Origin: a bacterium | GTDB lineage: Bacteria; Patescibacteriota; Minisyncoccia; Phycocordibacterales; UBA5272 | Assembly: GCA_043736875.1 (NCBI GenBank) | Contig: JAYTBU010000028.1 | Coordinates: 1-35,172 of the forward strand | DNA length: 35,172 nt | Direction of reading: 5' to 3' | The notes under the pieces: model-generated | The model's database searches: none | Told to the model about the DNA's origin: nothing | The model's input: only the letters and a program-made list of their open reading frames with translations | Shown: positions 25,076 to 32,737 of the stretch, in pieces | Numbering within the stretch: position 1 is the first letter of the stretch | Layout of the letters: every line of letters starts with the position of its first letter | Position numbers and translations under genes: made by a program

Positions 25076-25957
25076 ATGTATAATAAAAATATAGACATTA
25101 AGAAAGAAGTTTTGAAAAATATAGATGTATTATACTCGCAGATAGATTTTCAAAATTCTAAAATAAATATACATATTAATTATGAAAAAGGAGAAGACTA
25201 TCCTAGAATGGCTTTTGTTTTATTTTCGCTGAGCAGGGCCTACAAAAATAAGTTCCTAGATCAAGACAAGAAACAAGAGCTTTTGAAATTATTTTTTAGA
25301 ATATATGAACAAGTAAAACTTTCTGAAGATAAATCCCCTTTTTTGTTTGTCATGTTATATGGCATGAGAATGTTTAAAAATCTTGATGAGGATTATAATT
25401 TTATTATAGAAGATTTTAAAGAGCAAAATTATAGTCCCATATACAACAATACTATTATGGCGTCTATTTTTATGTCATGTTTTACAGAGTGTGATAAATT
25501 GAGAACAGGCTTTGATTACTCCCAAGAGATTTTTCTACAATGTAAAAAAATCTTTGACTACATTATTTTTTCCAACAAGTCAGAAGATTATGAAGCTTTT
25601 TATTTTTCTGAGTTGTCTACATTAGAAAAATCTTTGCCGTCTTACACATTAAAAGCAACTTACAAGTTGATAGAAGAAAAATTTTCAACAGGATACTTAC
25701 AGAGAAATGTCTCAGCTACAGGTGTAGCTAAATGTATGGAAGACTTTGCAAGGAGGGGGGAGTCACAGCTATTTAATAAGTGTATAAAGTTTTTAGAACA
25801 GAGAAAGTTAAGTAGATTTTCAGAGTATCTGAGACCTGATCAAGAGGTTTTTAAGGATAATCTTTTCACAGAAAATAATGATTCGCAATATATTTGCCTC
25901 GATACAAATGTTCACTTATTAAATACTTATTTAAATATTTATGAAAAAAACAATTAA
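25076..25957 (+). CDS. Hypothetical, predicted all-helical cytoplasmic protein, translationally coupled to the YcaO gene
   Basis: ORF in the track starts at TTG 25055. I prefer the ATG at 25076, downstream of the -10 box. No signal peptide or TM segment and no motif I recognise (no LanC, SagB nitroreductase or E1-like signatures seen). Its last 17 nt overlap the YcaO start. Confidence 0.6.
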   Translation: MYNKNIDIKKEVLKNIDVLYSQIDFQNSKINIHINYEKGEDYPRMAFVLFSLSRAYKNKFLDQDKKQELLKLFFRIYEQVKLSEDKSPFLFVMLYGMRMFKNLDEDYNFIIEDFKEQNYSPIYNNTIMASIFMSCFTECDKLRTGFDYSQEIFLQCKKIFDYIIFSNKSEDYEAFYFSELSTLEKSLPSYTLKATYKLIEEKFSTGYLQRNVSATGVAKCMEDFARRGESQLFNKCIKFLEQRKLSRFSEYLRPDQEVFKDNLFTENNDSQYICLDTNVHLLNTYLNIYEKNN

Positions 25958-27329
25958 ATTACTTTATGAAATAAGGCAAAATAGGGGGGCAAAGTTTATG
26001 TTCATGCCAAAAACTTTAAGTTTTTTTGAGATATGTAAATGTATATATTTTGAATATGTAAACATATGGAAAAGTGATGAGATTATTATAGTAAAATTTT
26101 TAAAAGAGCTTTTTCGAAAAGGTTTAATATTGGAAAAATCCTTAAGTTATAGTACTTATAATTTAGATAATTTTACTTATAATGATGTTAACATAACCAC
26201 TTCAGATAACAAAACTTTTTCAAGAGGAACCTCAATAGATAAGTCAGAAGCCTATGCAAAAGCTGTCGGAGAGGTGTTGGAGCGCACTTCTGTCAGGTAT
26301 AACAAGGATAAAGTTTTAATTGAGTCTCAGAAAAGTATGAGTGAAAAAAAATTAGATTTTATCTCTATTTCTGATTTTTCTCAGCCAACTCAGAAACAGT
26401 TAGAAAAGTACCTACATTTTAATATTGATAATAGTGATATATTTTCTTGGACAAAAGTCTTAAACATAAAAGATAATAAAGATTATTATGCCCCGTCACA
26501 GACAGTTTTTTATGGCAATGCCATATCTTATCCAAATGAGAAACATATAATACATCCAACCACTCATGGTGCAGGAGCTGGTTACACAGAGTACGATGCC
26601 GATAGGTCATGTATATGCGAGGTTATACATAGGCATTTTTATTTGAAAAACTGGTATGCAGGCAAGAGTGTAAACATTATAGACATAGACTCTATACCAA
26701 AAGATAAAAAGATATACAGTCTTATACAGGACTTGAAAAATAGAGATTTTAAAGTTAATCTACTTGATTATAGCGATCAGGCTGGCTTGCCGACTGTAAT
26801 GTGTGTTATAGAAAAAGAGGGTGGGTGGTCATGCGGAGGTACAACAGGAGTTAATATCGACAGCGTAATACAGAGAGCCATTAGCGAGTCGATGGCTGCA
26901 TATTTGTGGTACGCAAAAAATATAGCAGAAGAGGGTTGTAAAATATCGCATGTAGACATATCAAAAGTTGAAGATGGATTTGTGGACGATGTGTACGGAG
27001 AAACTAATAACAAGATCGCGATTTATAATCAAAAATATTTTATAGATAAAAATAAAAATAGTTTAGATTTCCTGCTGTCGGGCAAGGTAATACCTTACGA
27101 CAATAAATATAATAAAAACTTTAATTATGATATTAAAAAACATGCCATAGATATTTTTGGTGATGTTTATTTTTATAAAGTAGAAAATAATTATCTGCCT
27201 GATTTTAATTATTTTGTTAAAAAAGTTATAGTGCCAAATAGTTATTCATTTCCGATGGAGGAGAAATATAGTAGACCTACCCTAAATGGTGATTATCCAC
27301 AGGTAACAATTTTGAACCCTTTTGTATAA
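25941..27329 (+). CDS. YcaO-domain protein (SagD/TOMM cyclodehydratase-like)
   Basis: FSRGTSIDKSEAYAKAVGEVLERTS matches the GKG-x-AxxSAxxEAxER(Y)S ATP-site motif. HGAGAGYTEYDADRSCICEVIHRH aligns by eye to the NGxAxG...ExxERD region, with the second acidic residue replaced by His. DYSDQAGLPTVMCVI and GGTTGVNIDSVIQRAISESMAAY match the later YcaO blocks. The C-terminus ends ...ILNPFV. The first ~90 aa (…KFLKELFRKGLILE) could be an RRE-like winged-helix domain. Confidence 0.75.
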   Translation: MKKTIKLLYEIRQNRGAKFMFMPKTLSFFEICKCIYFEYVNIWKSDEIIIVKFLKELFRKGLILEKSLSYSTYNLDNFTYNDVNITTSDNKTFSRGTSIDKSEAYAKAVGEVLERTSVRYNKDKVLIESQKSMSEKKLDFISISDFSQPTQKQLEKYLHFNIDNSDIFSWTKVLNIKDNKDYYAPSQTVFYGNAISYPNEKHIIHPTTHGAGAGYTEYDADRSCICEVIHRHFYLKNWYAGKSVNIIDIDSIPKDKKIYSLIQDLKNRDFKVNLLDYSDQAGLPTVMCVIEKEGGWSCGGTTGVNIDSVIQRAISESMAAYLWYAKNIAEEGCKISHVDISKVEDGFVDDVYGETNNKIAIYNQKYFIDKNKNSLDFLLSGKVIPYDNKYNKNFNYDIKKHAIDIFGDVYFYKVENNYLPDFNYFVKKVIVPNSYSFPMEEKYSRPTLNGDYPQVTILNPFV

Positions 27330-27338
27330 CATTTTTAA

Positions 27339-27347
27339 TGTTATAAT
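27339..27347 (+). promoter_or_regulatory. Extended -10 promoter (TGTTATAAT), 6 nt before the ATG at 27354 (leaderless)
   Basis: Exact 9-mer in the 24-nt gap after the YcaO stop, followed by spacer taattt and then ATG. Confidence 0.65.
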
Positions 27348-27353
27348 TAATTT

Positions 27354-27557
27354 ATGAAAAATAAGAATATAAAGTTATTATTACTATCTTCTCCGCTTAT
27401 TATACTAGGGTTTTTTATAAATCTATTTAGTTTTAACACCGGTACCGAGGGTGCTGTCATAGAAAAAGCGTATGCAGATATAGCTACTCAGACAATTGAT
27501 GGTAGTAATTGTGCTGGCGGTGGTTCTTGTGAGGGTGCTTGTGGGTGTTGCAGCTAA
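27354..27557 (+). CDS. 67-aa Cys/Gly/Ser-tailed peptide: candidate RiPP precursor with a signal-peptide-like N-terminus
   Basis: MKNKNIKLLLLSSPLIILGFFINLFSFNTGTEGAVIEKAYADIATQTIDGSNCAGGGSCEGACGCCS. It has 5 Cys and 3 Ser in the last 17 residues, its own promoter and a tandem TAATAA stop. The core-coding DNA (27501..27554) is about 55% G+C by my count, within a very AT-rich locus. Confidence 0.65.
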   Translation: MKNKNIKLLLLSSPLIILGFFINLFSFNTGTEGAVIEKAYADIATQTIDGSNCAGGGSCEGACGCCS

Positions 27558-27568
27558 TAAATAAAAAT

Positions 27569-28600
27569 ATGAATAAAATAAAAATAATTACAACTATAGC
27601 TATATTAATACTGATCATACTTATCGGACTGATATTACTGAAACAGTCTAAAAATAGCAATATAGTTGTTAATAATAGCAGCTACACAAAGTACCCAAAT
27701 ACTATAGCTGAGCTAAAAAAAGATGAAAAGACGAGAATTTTAATTGATAGACTTTCCTCAGCTAACTCACTAGAAGTATTTAATTCTTTTAATGACTTAT
27801 CTAAAACTGAGTCGGATCAAAATAAAAAAGAGAGTCTCCAATTATTTGCAGGAGCCTCTTTGCTTGCTTTAGACAAAACTGCAGGGTCTGAGTATTTTAT
27901 GTCTATTGCTAACAATACACAAAATTCTAACTTGACCAAAGCTTATGCTATGATTAAAATATATCAAGAGTCTTTGGCCTATGCTAAACCAGAAATGTTA
28001 AAAGTCTTTTTTACTGACTATGAAAAAGATACAAAAGGCATGTCTGGCAGTGACATAAAATTAGTTATAAACAAAAAGATATTAGATGTTTATCCATTTG
28101 GATTAGCTGCAGCCAGAGCAGGAAGGCTGGAATTAGCCAAAGGCCCAACCTCAGAAAATGCAAAAGTTTTATACGCAAAGTATATGCCAATAATTGATAA
28201 TAATATAGATGAATTTTCAAAAACTGAGGGACAGAGACACTTTGTAAAAAACACATATCTTAACGCTGCAAAATTTTTGGCAGATCTTGAGGTTTATGGT
28301 GCGTCTAATGTTGTAGAGGTTCGTGCTTATTTTGACAAAGGTTATAATGAAGCACTCTCTCAAAAAGATGTGATGACAAAACATTTTATAATGATGGCTT
28401 ATGCTGATTACTTACTCTCTAAAAATCTAAACACAGACGCTGAAATAGTGCTATCTCAATTGGTTTTGCAAGATACCAGTAAAACGATTGCGCCAAGCTT
28501 ATCAGTTACAAAAGGTAAGGATTATCTCAGTGTGTTAAAATATATAAAGAGCAACAATACAGAACTTTCTACAAAGATAAAGAGTCTATTAAATAGGTAA
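27569..28600 (+). CDS. N-terminally membrane-anchored helical hypothetical protein
   Basis: The ATG at 27569 gives MNKIKIITTIAILILIILIGLILLKQ. The track's TTG start at 27539 overlaps the peptide ORF. The rest is helical and repeat-like with no recognisable motif. It lies 11 nt after the peptide stop. Confidence 0.65.
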   Translation: MNKIKIITTIAILILIILIGLILLKQSKNSNIVVNNSSYTKYPNTIAELKKDEKTRILIDRLSSANSLEVFNSFNDLSKTESDQNKKESLQLFAGASLLALDKTAGSEYFMSIANNTQNSNLTKAYAMIKIYQESLAYAKPEMLKVFFTDYEKDTKGMSGSDIKLVINKKILDVYPFGLAAARAGRLELAKGPTSENAKVLYAKYMPIIDNNIDEFSKTEGQRHFVKNTYLNAAKFLADLEVYGASNVVEVRAYFDKGYNEALSQKDVMTKHFIMMAYADYLLSKNLNTDAEIVLSQLVLQDTSKTIAPSLSVTKGKDYLSVLKYIKSNNTELSTKIKSLLNR

Positions 28601-28604
28601 TTAT

Positions 28605-29147
28605 ATGCAAAATAAAAATTGGAATATCTACATAGGTATATTAGCTTTCTTTTTGGGTTTGTTATTGGCTTTATCTTTTAGATTTTTAAAATATTCAGAA
28701 TATATAAATCCAAAAATAGTAGATATAGACCCAGTTATAGCTTATGAGAACATAAAATCTAATCCATCTAAATATATATTTATAGATGTTAGGTCAGAAT
28801 TTGAATATAACAATGCTCACGCTTCTTCTTCTATTAATCTGCCGATACACTATCTCTACGATGATACTCATGGTATTAAAAATGAAAAAGGTATACCAGT
28901 ACCCAAAAATACAGAGCAAGAAATATATCTAATATGTACAGGAGGGCGCCTTGCTGGGGTTGCTTATGGATATTTGGAGCACTATGGGTACAGGAATATA
29001 AAAAGAATAGAAGGAGGTATCAAAAACTGGGATACAAAAAATATGCCAGTTATAACAAAAAGCTTGTTTAATGATTACAAAGAAAAAAGTTTTGATATAG
29101 AGGTAAAATCAGCACCGCTAGACAAAGACTATGTTGAATCAAGATAA
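28605..29147 (+). CDS. Membrane-anchored rhodanese-domain sulfurtransferase
   Basis: N-terminal helix IYIGILAFFLGLLLALSF. Rhodanese signature FIDVRSEFEYNNAHASSSINLP. Active-site loop LICTGGRLAG with Cys codon at 28935..28937, followed by IEGGIKNW. Only a 4-nt gap from the upstream gene. Confidence 0.8.
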   Translation: MQNKNWNIYIGILAFFLGLLLALSFRFLKYSEYINPKIVDIDPVIAYENIKSNPSKYIFIDVRSEFEYNNAHASSSINLPIHYLYDDTHGIKNEKGIPVPKNTEQEIYLICTGGRLAGVAYGYLEHYGYRNIKRIEGGIKNWDTKNMPVITKSLFNDYKEKSFDIEVKSAPLDKDYVESR

Positions 29148-29832
29148 CATTTTAGTTTTTATAAAAAAGAATTTATTTTTAATACTGATTTCATTCTGTA
29201 TTCTTATTTTTTTTACTTATACAATAAAAACTAAGCTAGAAACTGGTAAGCAAGTAGAAAAAAGTTCTCTAGACATGTCGGGAGAATTATATAAAAAAGT
29301 AGATGATTCAGATCATTTTAAACTTAGAAATGCAACTGCAACCATAGATATTGTTAATTATTTTAGTTTGGACTGTCCATATTGTAGAAGATCTTATGTT
29401 TTAGAAGATTGGCTTTTGTTAAAAGAGAAGTATACAAATATTAATATTGTATACAGGCACAATCCATTACTATCTCAACCCTTATCAGCAGAGAAAGCTA
29501 TTATAACAGAATGTGTATACGGGCAGTCTGGAGATATGGGTATGTTTGGTTTTCTTGATCATGTTTTTTCTGATTTTGATATTGTAAATAAAAACAATGA
29601 TTGGATTAAAAAAGTTGCTAATTTTTACATAAGTTCAGAATCAGATTTTGAAAAATGTATGAGCGATGAAAGTGTAAAAAATAAAATCCAGAAACAAAAA
29701 AATGAGAATAACATATCTGGCATAACTTATACCCCAACTATTCTAATTTTTAAGGACGGGATTTTTATAAAAAAATATGAAGAAATAAGCGAAGAAAAGC
29801 TCATTAATATAATTAAATTATATGGTAAATAA
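29131..29832 (+). CDS. Membrane-anchored DsbA-like thioredoxin-fold thiol:disulfide oxidoreductase
   Basis: N-terminal helix LFLILISFCILIFFTYTI. CPYC active site (29374..29385) in the context NYFSLDCPYCRR. A TYTPT segment sits near the C-terminus where the DsbA cis-Pro loop is expected. It overlaps the rhodanese gene by 17 nt. Confidence 0.75.
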   Translation: MLNQDNILVFIKKNLFLILISFCILIFFTYTIKTKLETGKQVEKSSLDMSGELYKKVDDSDHFKLRNATATIDIVNYFSLDCPYCRRSYVLEDWLLLKEKYTNINIVYRHNPLLSQPLSAEKAIITECVYGQSGDMGMFGFLDHVFSDFDIVNKNNDWIKKVANFYISSESDFEKCMSDESVKNKIQKQKNENNISGITYTPTILIFKDGIFIKKYEEISEEKLINIIKLYGK

Positions 29833-30589
29833 ATATTTTCTAAAACTTAAAACCCAAAACCTAAAAAAGTATTTATGTTTTATTTTATTTATGTTTTTTT
29901 TGTCAGTATCTTTTTACTTTAGGCAAAATATTTATTTTTATACTGGAAATCAATTTTTTGGCGGCAAGATTGGTTATGCTAGCTATCACATATCACTTTA
30001 TAACATAGAAGTATCAGAATATTTTTTGCTAAAAGCTAATGATTTTGATAAAAAAATCATATGGAATAATTATCAGCTATCTAGAATTTATTTTATAAAA
30101 GGTGATTTGTATAAAGCTGTGCAGTATAGCAACAGAGAATTGGAATACTTTCCAGACAATTGTCGCACTCATTATATACGAGGGCTAGCTTATGGATATA
30201 AAAATGATTTAGATAATGCGATATCTGATTTCGAAAAGTTCAATACCTGTTTCCCTCTTAGCTGGGCAGGGCACAATGATTTGGCTTGGTTCTGGTTCAG
30301 AAAGGGTGATATGCAAAAAGTTGTCGATGTGGTAGAGGGGGTAATTACTAGTTATGATGACAACCCATGGATACAAAATACTTATGGTACAGCACTTATG
30401 AATCTTGGTCGGGGCAGCGAGGCATTGCTAGCTTTTGAAAAAGCAAAAGTGGCAAGTGAGAGCATGACAGAAACAGACTGGGGCAAAGCTTATCCAGGCA
30501 ATGATCCGTCTATATATGGAAAAGGGTTAAAAGCAATGCGAGAGACCATAGATAAAAATATCCAATTATTAAAAGAGGGAGATCTCTAA
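29822..30589 (+). CDS. Membrane-anchored TPR-repeat protein
   Basis: N-terminal helix YLCFILFMFFLSVSFYF. TPR-like units: YQLSRIYFIKGDLYKAVQYSNRELEYFPDN, HYIRGLAYGYKNDLDNAISDFEKF, LAWFWFRKGDMQKVVDVVEGV, YGTALMNLGRGSEALLAFEKA. It overlaps the DsbA-like gene by 11 nt. Confidence 0.7.
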   Translation: MVNKYFLKLKTQNLKKYLCFILFMFFLSVSFYFRQNIYFYTGNQFFGGKIGYASYHISLYNIEVSEYFLLKANDFDKKIIWNNYQLSRIYFIKGDLYKAVQYSNRELEYFPDNCRTHYIRGLAYGYKNDLDNAISDFEKFNTCFPLSWAGHNDLAWFWFRKGDMQKVVDVVEGVITSYDDNPWIQNTYGTALMNLGRGSEALLAFEKAKVASESMTETDWGKAYPGNDPSIYGKGLKAMRETIDKNIQLLKEGDL

Positions 30590-30665
30590 GGTTTTCCTTG
30601 CTTGTTTTTTATTTATTCTTATCCACATAAACAATTTTTAGTATTTACTATTTTTGGTATATATT

Positions 30666-30674
30666 TGTTATAAT
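30666..30674 (+). promoter_or_regulatory. Extended -10 promoter (TGTTATAAT), 6 nt before the ATG at 30681 (leaderless)
   Basis: Exact 9-mer followed by spacer atattt and then ATG. Confidence 0.65.
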
Positions 30675-30680
30675 ATATTT

Positions 30681-31319
30681 ATGAAACATAAAAATAAAAA
30701 TCTAATAAAATCTTCCTTTTCAGTTTTGCTTATATCTGCCTTATTTGGCTTTCTGTTTGTCTTTAATGTTACTCAAAAAGAAGTACCAGAGGCAGAGCTT
30801 CGCTTTGCTGAGCACAGCGATAACAAAAATATAAAGGGCTCAATGTTGCCAGCCAGTTGTGAATCACGCCCAAGGATTGGTACAGCTCATTTTGCAGGTG
30901 ACAGTAGCGGCTCTTGTGCCTGTGCTGTGACTGGACAGACTTGTAATGGTAATTATATATATAACCATAAAGCTGGTTGTGGTATCGGTTTTAATGTTGC
31001 TTATTGTACACATGGTTGCACTAATAATGGTGGCACACCAAATAGTTTTGGTCCTAGATGTAACGATGCTCCTGTGGCTGGTGGACCTAACTGTCCTGCT
31101 ACTACTGTATCGTGGGCTCCTGGTTGTAGTGCATATGTTGGTCCTTCAAATACTGGCGATGTTGTCAACGTAACTAACTCAGCAGCTGGTTACACAGGTA
31201 ATAACTCAGTCAGCTGTAACGGCAGCTCGGTCCAGGTTGACGGAGCTACATTTTCTGGGATACAACCATCATGCAAGGCTATACTTCCTCCGCCTCAAGT
31301 TCAGATTAATTTTAATTAG
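30681..31319 (+). CDS. Secreted or anchored Cys-rich (12 Cys) Gly/Asn/Thr-rich hypothetical protein
   Basis: The ATG at 30681 gives MKHKNKNLIKSSFSVLLISALFGFLFVFNVTQ. The track's start at 30654 lies inside the promoter. The mature part has 12 Cys (…SSGSCACAVTGQTCNGNY…GCGIGFNVAYCTHGCTNNGG…). The coding DNA is visibly more GC-rich than its neighbours. The stop codon is TAG. Confidence 0.7.
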   Translation: MKHKNKNLIKSSFSVLLISALFGFLFVFNVTQKEVPEAELRFAEHSDNKNIKGSMLPASCESRPRIGTAHFAGDSSGSCACAVTGQTCNGNYIYNHKAGCGIGFNVAYCTHGCTNNGGTPNSFGPRCNDAPVAGGPNCPATTVSWAPGCSAYVGPSNTGDVVNVTNSAAGYTGNNSVSCNGSSVQVDGATFSGIQPSCKAILPPPQVQINFN

Positions 31320-31354
31320 TAAAACCTAAAATAATTAACATAAAAATAGTAGAA

Positions 31355-31381
31355 AAAATAGTAGAAAAATCTACTATTTTT
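31355..31381 (+). terminator. Weak AT-rich hairpin terminator
   Basis: aaaatagtag-aaaaat-ctactatttt plus T: a perfect 10-bp stem with only two G:C pairs. It abuts the murF promoter. Confidence 0.4.
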
Positions 31382-31382
31382 A

Positions 31383-31391
31383 TGTTATAAT
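31383..31391 (+). promoter_or_regulatory. Extended -10 promoter (TGTTATAAT), 6 nt before the ATG at 31398 (leaderless)
   Basis: Exact 9-mer followed by spacer atacac and then ATG. Confidence 0.65.
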
Positions 31392-31397
31392 ATACAC

Positions 31398-32693
31398 ATG
31401 AAAGCTTTATTCAAAATAATTATACTAAAAATAGTAACTATTTTAGCAAAAGAGATACTTGAAAAACATAAACCTTTTATAATAGGTGTGGTTGGTAGCG
31501 TGGGTAAAACTACAACAAAAGATGGTATTGCGGCTGTGCTTGATGGTCAAAATATTATTTTTACTAAAAAGAGTATGAATAGTGAATTTGGAGCACCTCT
31601 TACAATCATTGGGGTAGAGTCTGGCTGGAACAGTATAGTTAAGTGGTTGATGATTATGATCAGAGGTGTAAAAGTTTTACTACAAAAAGATTATGCAAAA
31701 TATCTAGTTCTCGAACTCGGAGCAGATAAGAAAAATGACATACGAGACCTTGCAAAGTGGATACACTGTGATGTTGTAGTCGTTACAAAGTTTGGAGATG
31801 TCCCAGTTCATGTTGAAAACTTTAAAGATAAAGATCAGCTGATAGATGAAGATTTTAAGATAATAAATACTATGAAAAGTTCTGGAGTTATAATATTCAA
31901 TTCTGATTGTACTGATAGTATACACAAGATGCGAGAAGTTATGGAAAAAGAGAAAAATCAAAGCAAGAATGTGATTTCTTATGGTCATAAAGTTGGAGAT
32001 TATAAAATAAGCTTTATTAAAAATAATTTAAAAGAGAGATGTGTCTCTGCAAAAATCTCGCAGCAGAAAGATAGGGTGGTAGAAATAGTCTGCAACAATG
32101 TTTTGGGAGAGGCTAGTCTAATATGTGCTATGCCAGCACTTATTATTTCTGATATTTTAAACCTAGACAAAAGTAACTCTTTAAAAAATATCAAAAATAT
32201 GAAAAGAGAAAATGGTCGCATGAAAATCCTCGAAGGAAAAAATAGTTCTATCATAGTAGACGATACATACAATTCATCTCCTATAGCAGTTCTAAATGGT
32301 ATTAAAACTTTAAAAGATATAGATGTAAAAGGTAGAAAAATAGCAGTGTTAGGTGACATGATGGAGCTAGGTGAGTTCACAAAAGATCAGCACATAAAAA
32401 TCGGAGCGGAGGTGGCAAAAGTTTTTGACATACTTGTAACTGTAGGAAGCAGATCAAAGTTCACCGCAGAATCGGCTAGAGCGAGTGGTATGGGTGAAGG
32501 GTGGATATTAGAATGTGACGACAGTAATGAAGCAGGGTTAGAGGTTTTGAATATAATAAAACCTGAGGATATTATATATTTAAAAGGTTCACAATCGACA
32601 CGCATGGAAAAGGCGGTAGCATTATTAGTCTCAGAAAATGTAAATGTACAGGATAGTCTGGTCAGGCAAAATAAAGAGTGGCTGACTATATAG
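31398..32693 (+). CDS. murF: UDP-N-acetylmuramoyl-tripeptide--D-alanyl-D-alanine ligase (MurF-type Mur ligase)
   Basis: Mur-ligase P-loop VVGSVGKTTTKD; the MurF-type DDTYNSSP motif; AVLGDMMELGEFTKDQHIKIG. The P-loop begins at about residue 33, so the usual N-terminal domain is very short. Confidence 0.8.
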   Translation: MKALFKIIILKIVTILAKEILEKHKPFIIGVVGSVGKTTTKDGIAAVLDGQNIIFTKKSMNSEFGAPLTIIGVESGWNSIVKWLMIMIRGVKVLLQKDYAKYLVLELGADKKNDIRDLAKWIHCDVVVVTKFGDVPVHVENFKDKDQLIDEDFKIINTMKSSGVIIFNSDCTDSIHKMREVMEKEKNQSKNVISYGHKVGDYKISFIKNNLKERCVSAKISQQKDRVVEIVCNNVLGEASLICAMPALIISDILNLDKSNSLKNIKNMKRENGRMKILEGKNSSIIVDDTYNSSPIAVLNGIKTLKDIDVKGRKIAVLGDMMELGEFTKDQHIKIGAEVAKVFDILVTVGSRSKFTAESARASGMGEGWILECDDSNEAGLEVLNIIKPEDIIYLKGSQSTRMEKAVALLVSENVNVQDSLVRQNKEWLTI

Positions 32694-32708
32694 AAATATA
32701 ATTTTTTA

Positions 32709-32717
32709 TGTTATAAT
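32709..32717 (+). promoter_or_regulatory. Extended -10 promoter (TGTTATAAT), 20 nt before the ATG at 32738
   Basis: Exact 9-mer in the intergenic region. It implies a leader of about 13 nt with no Shine-Dalgarno sequence. Confidence 0.55.
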
Positions 32718-32737
32718 TATTTTAAATAAAATCATAT

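Noticed and set aside
25076-25957. Calling the ORF upstream of the YcaO gene a SagB-type dehydrogenase, an E1-like SagC partner or a LanC-like cyclase.
   Set aside because: I could not find nitroreductase or FMN-type motifs, E1-like or ThiF features, or LanC GxxG/CHG motifs. It is left as hypothetical pending profile searches.
30575-30620. Possible terminator after the TPR gene: a gagatctc palindrome and an aagg-tttt-cctt mini-hairpin before a T-run.
   Set aside because: The stems are only 4 bp and too weak to call. Termination here is unresolved.
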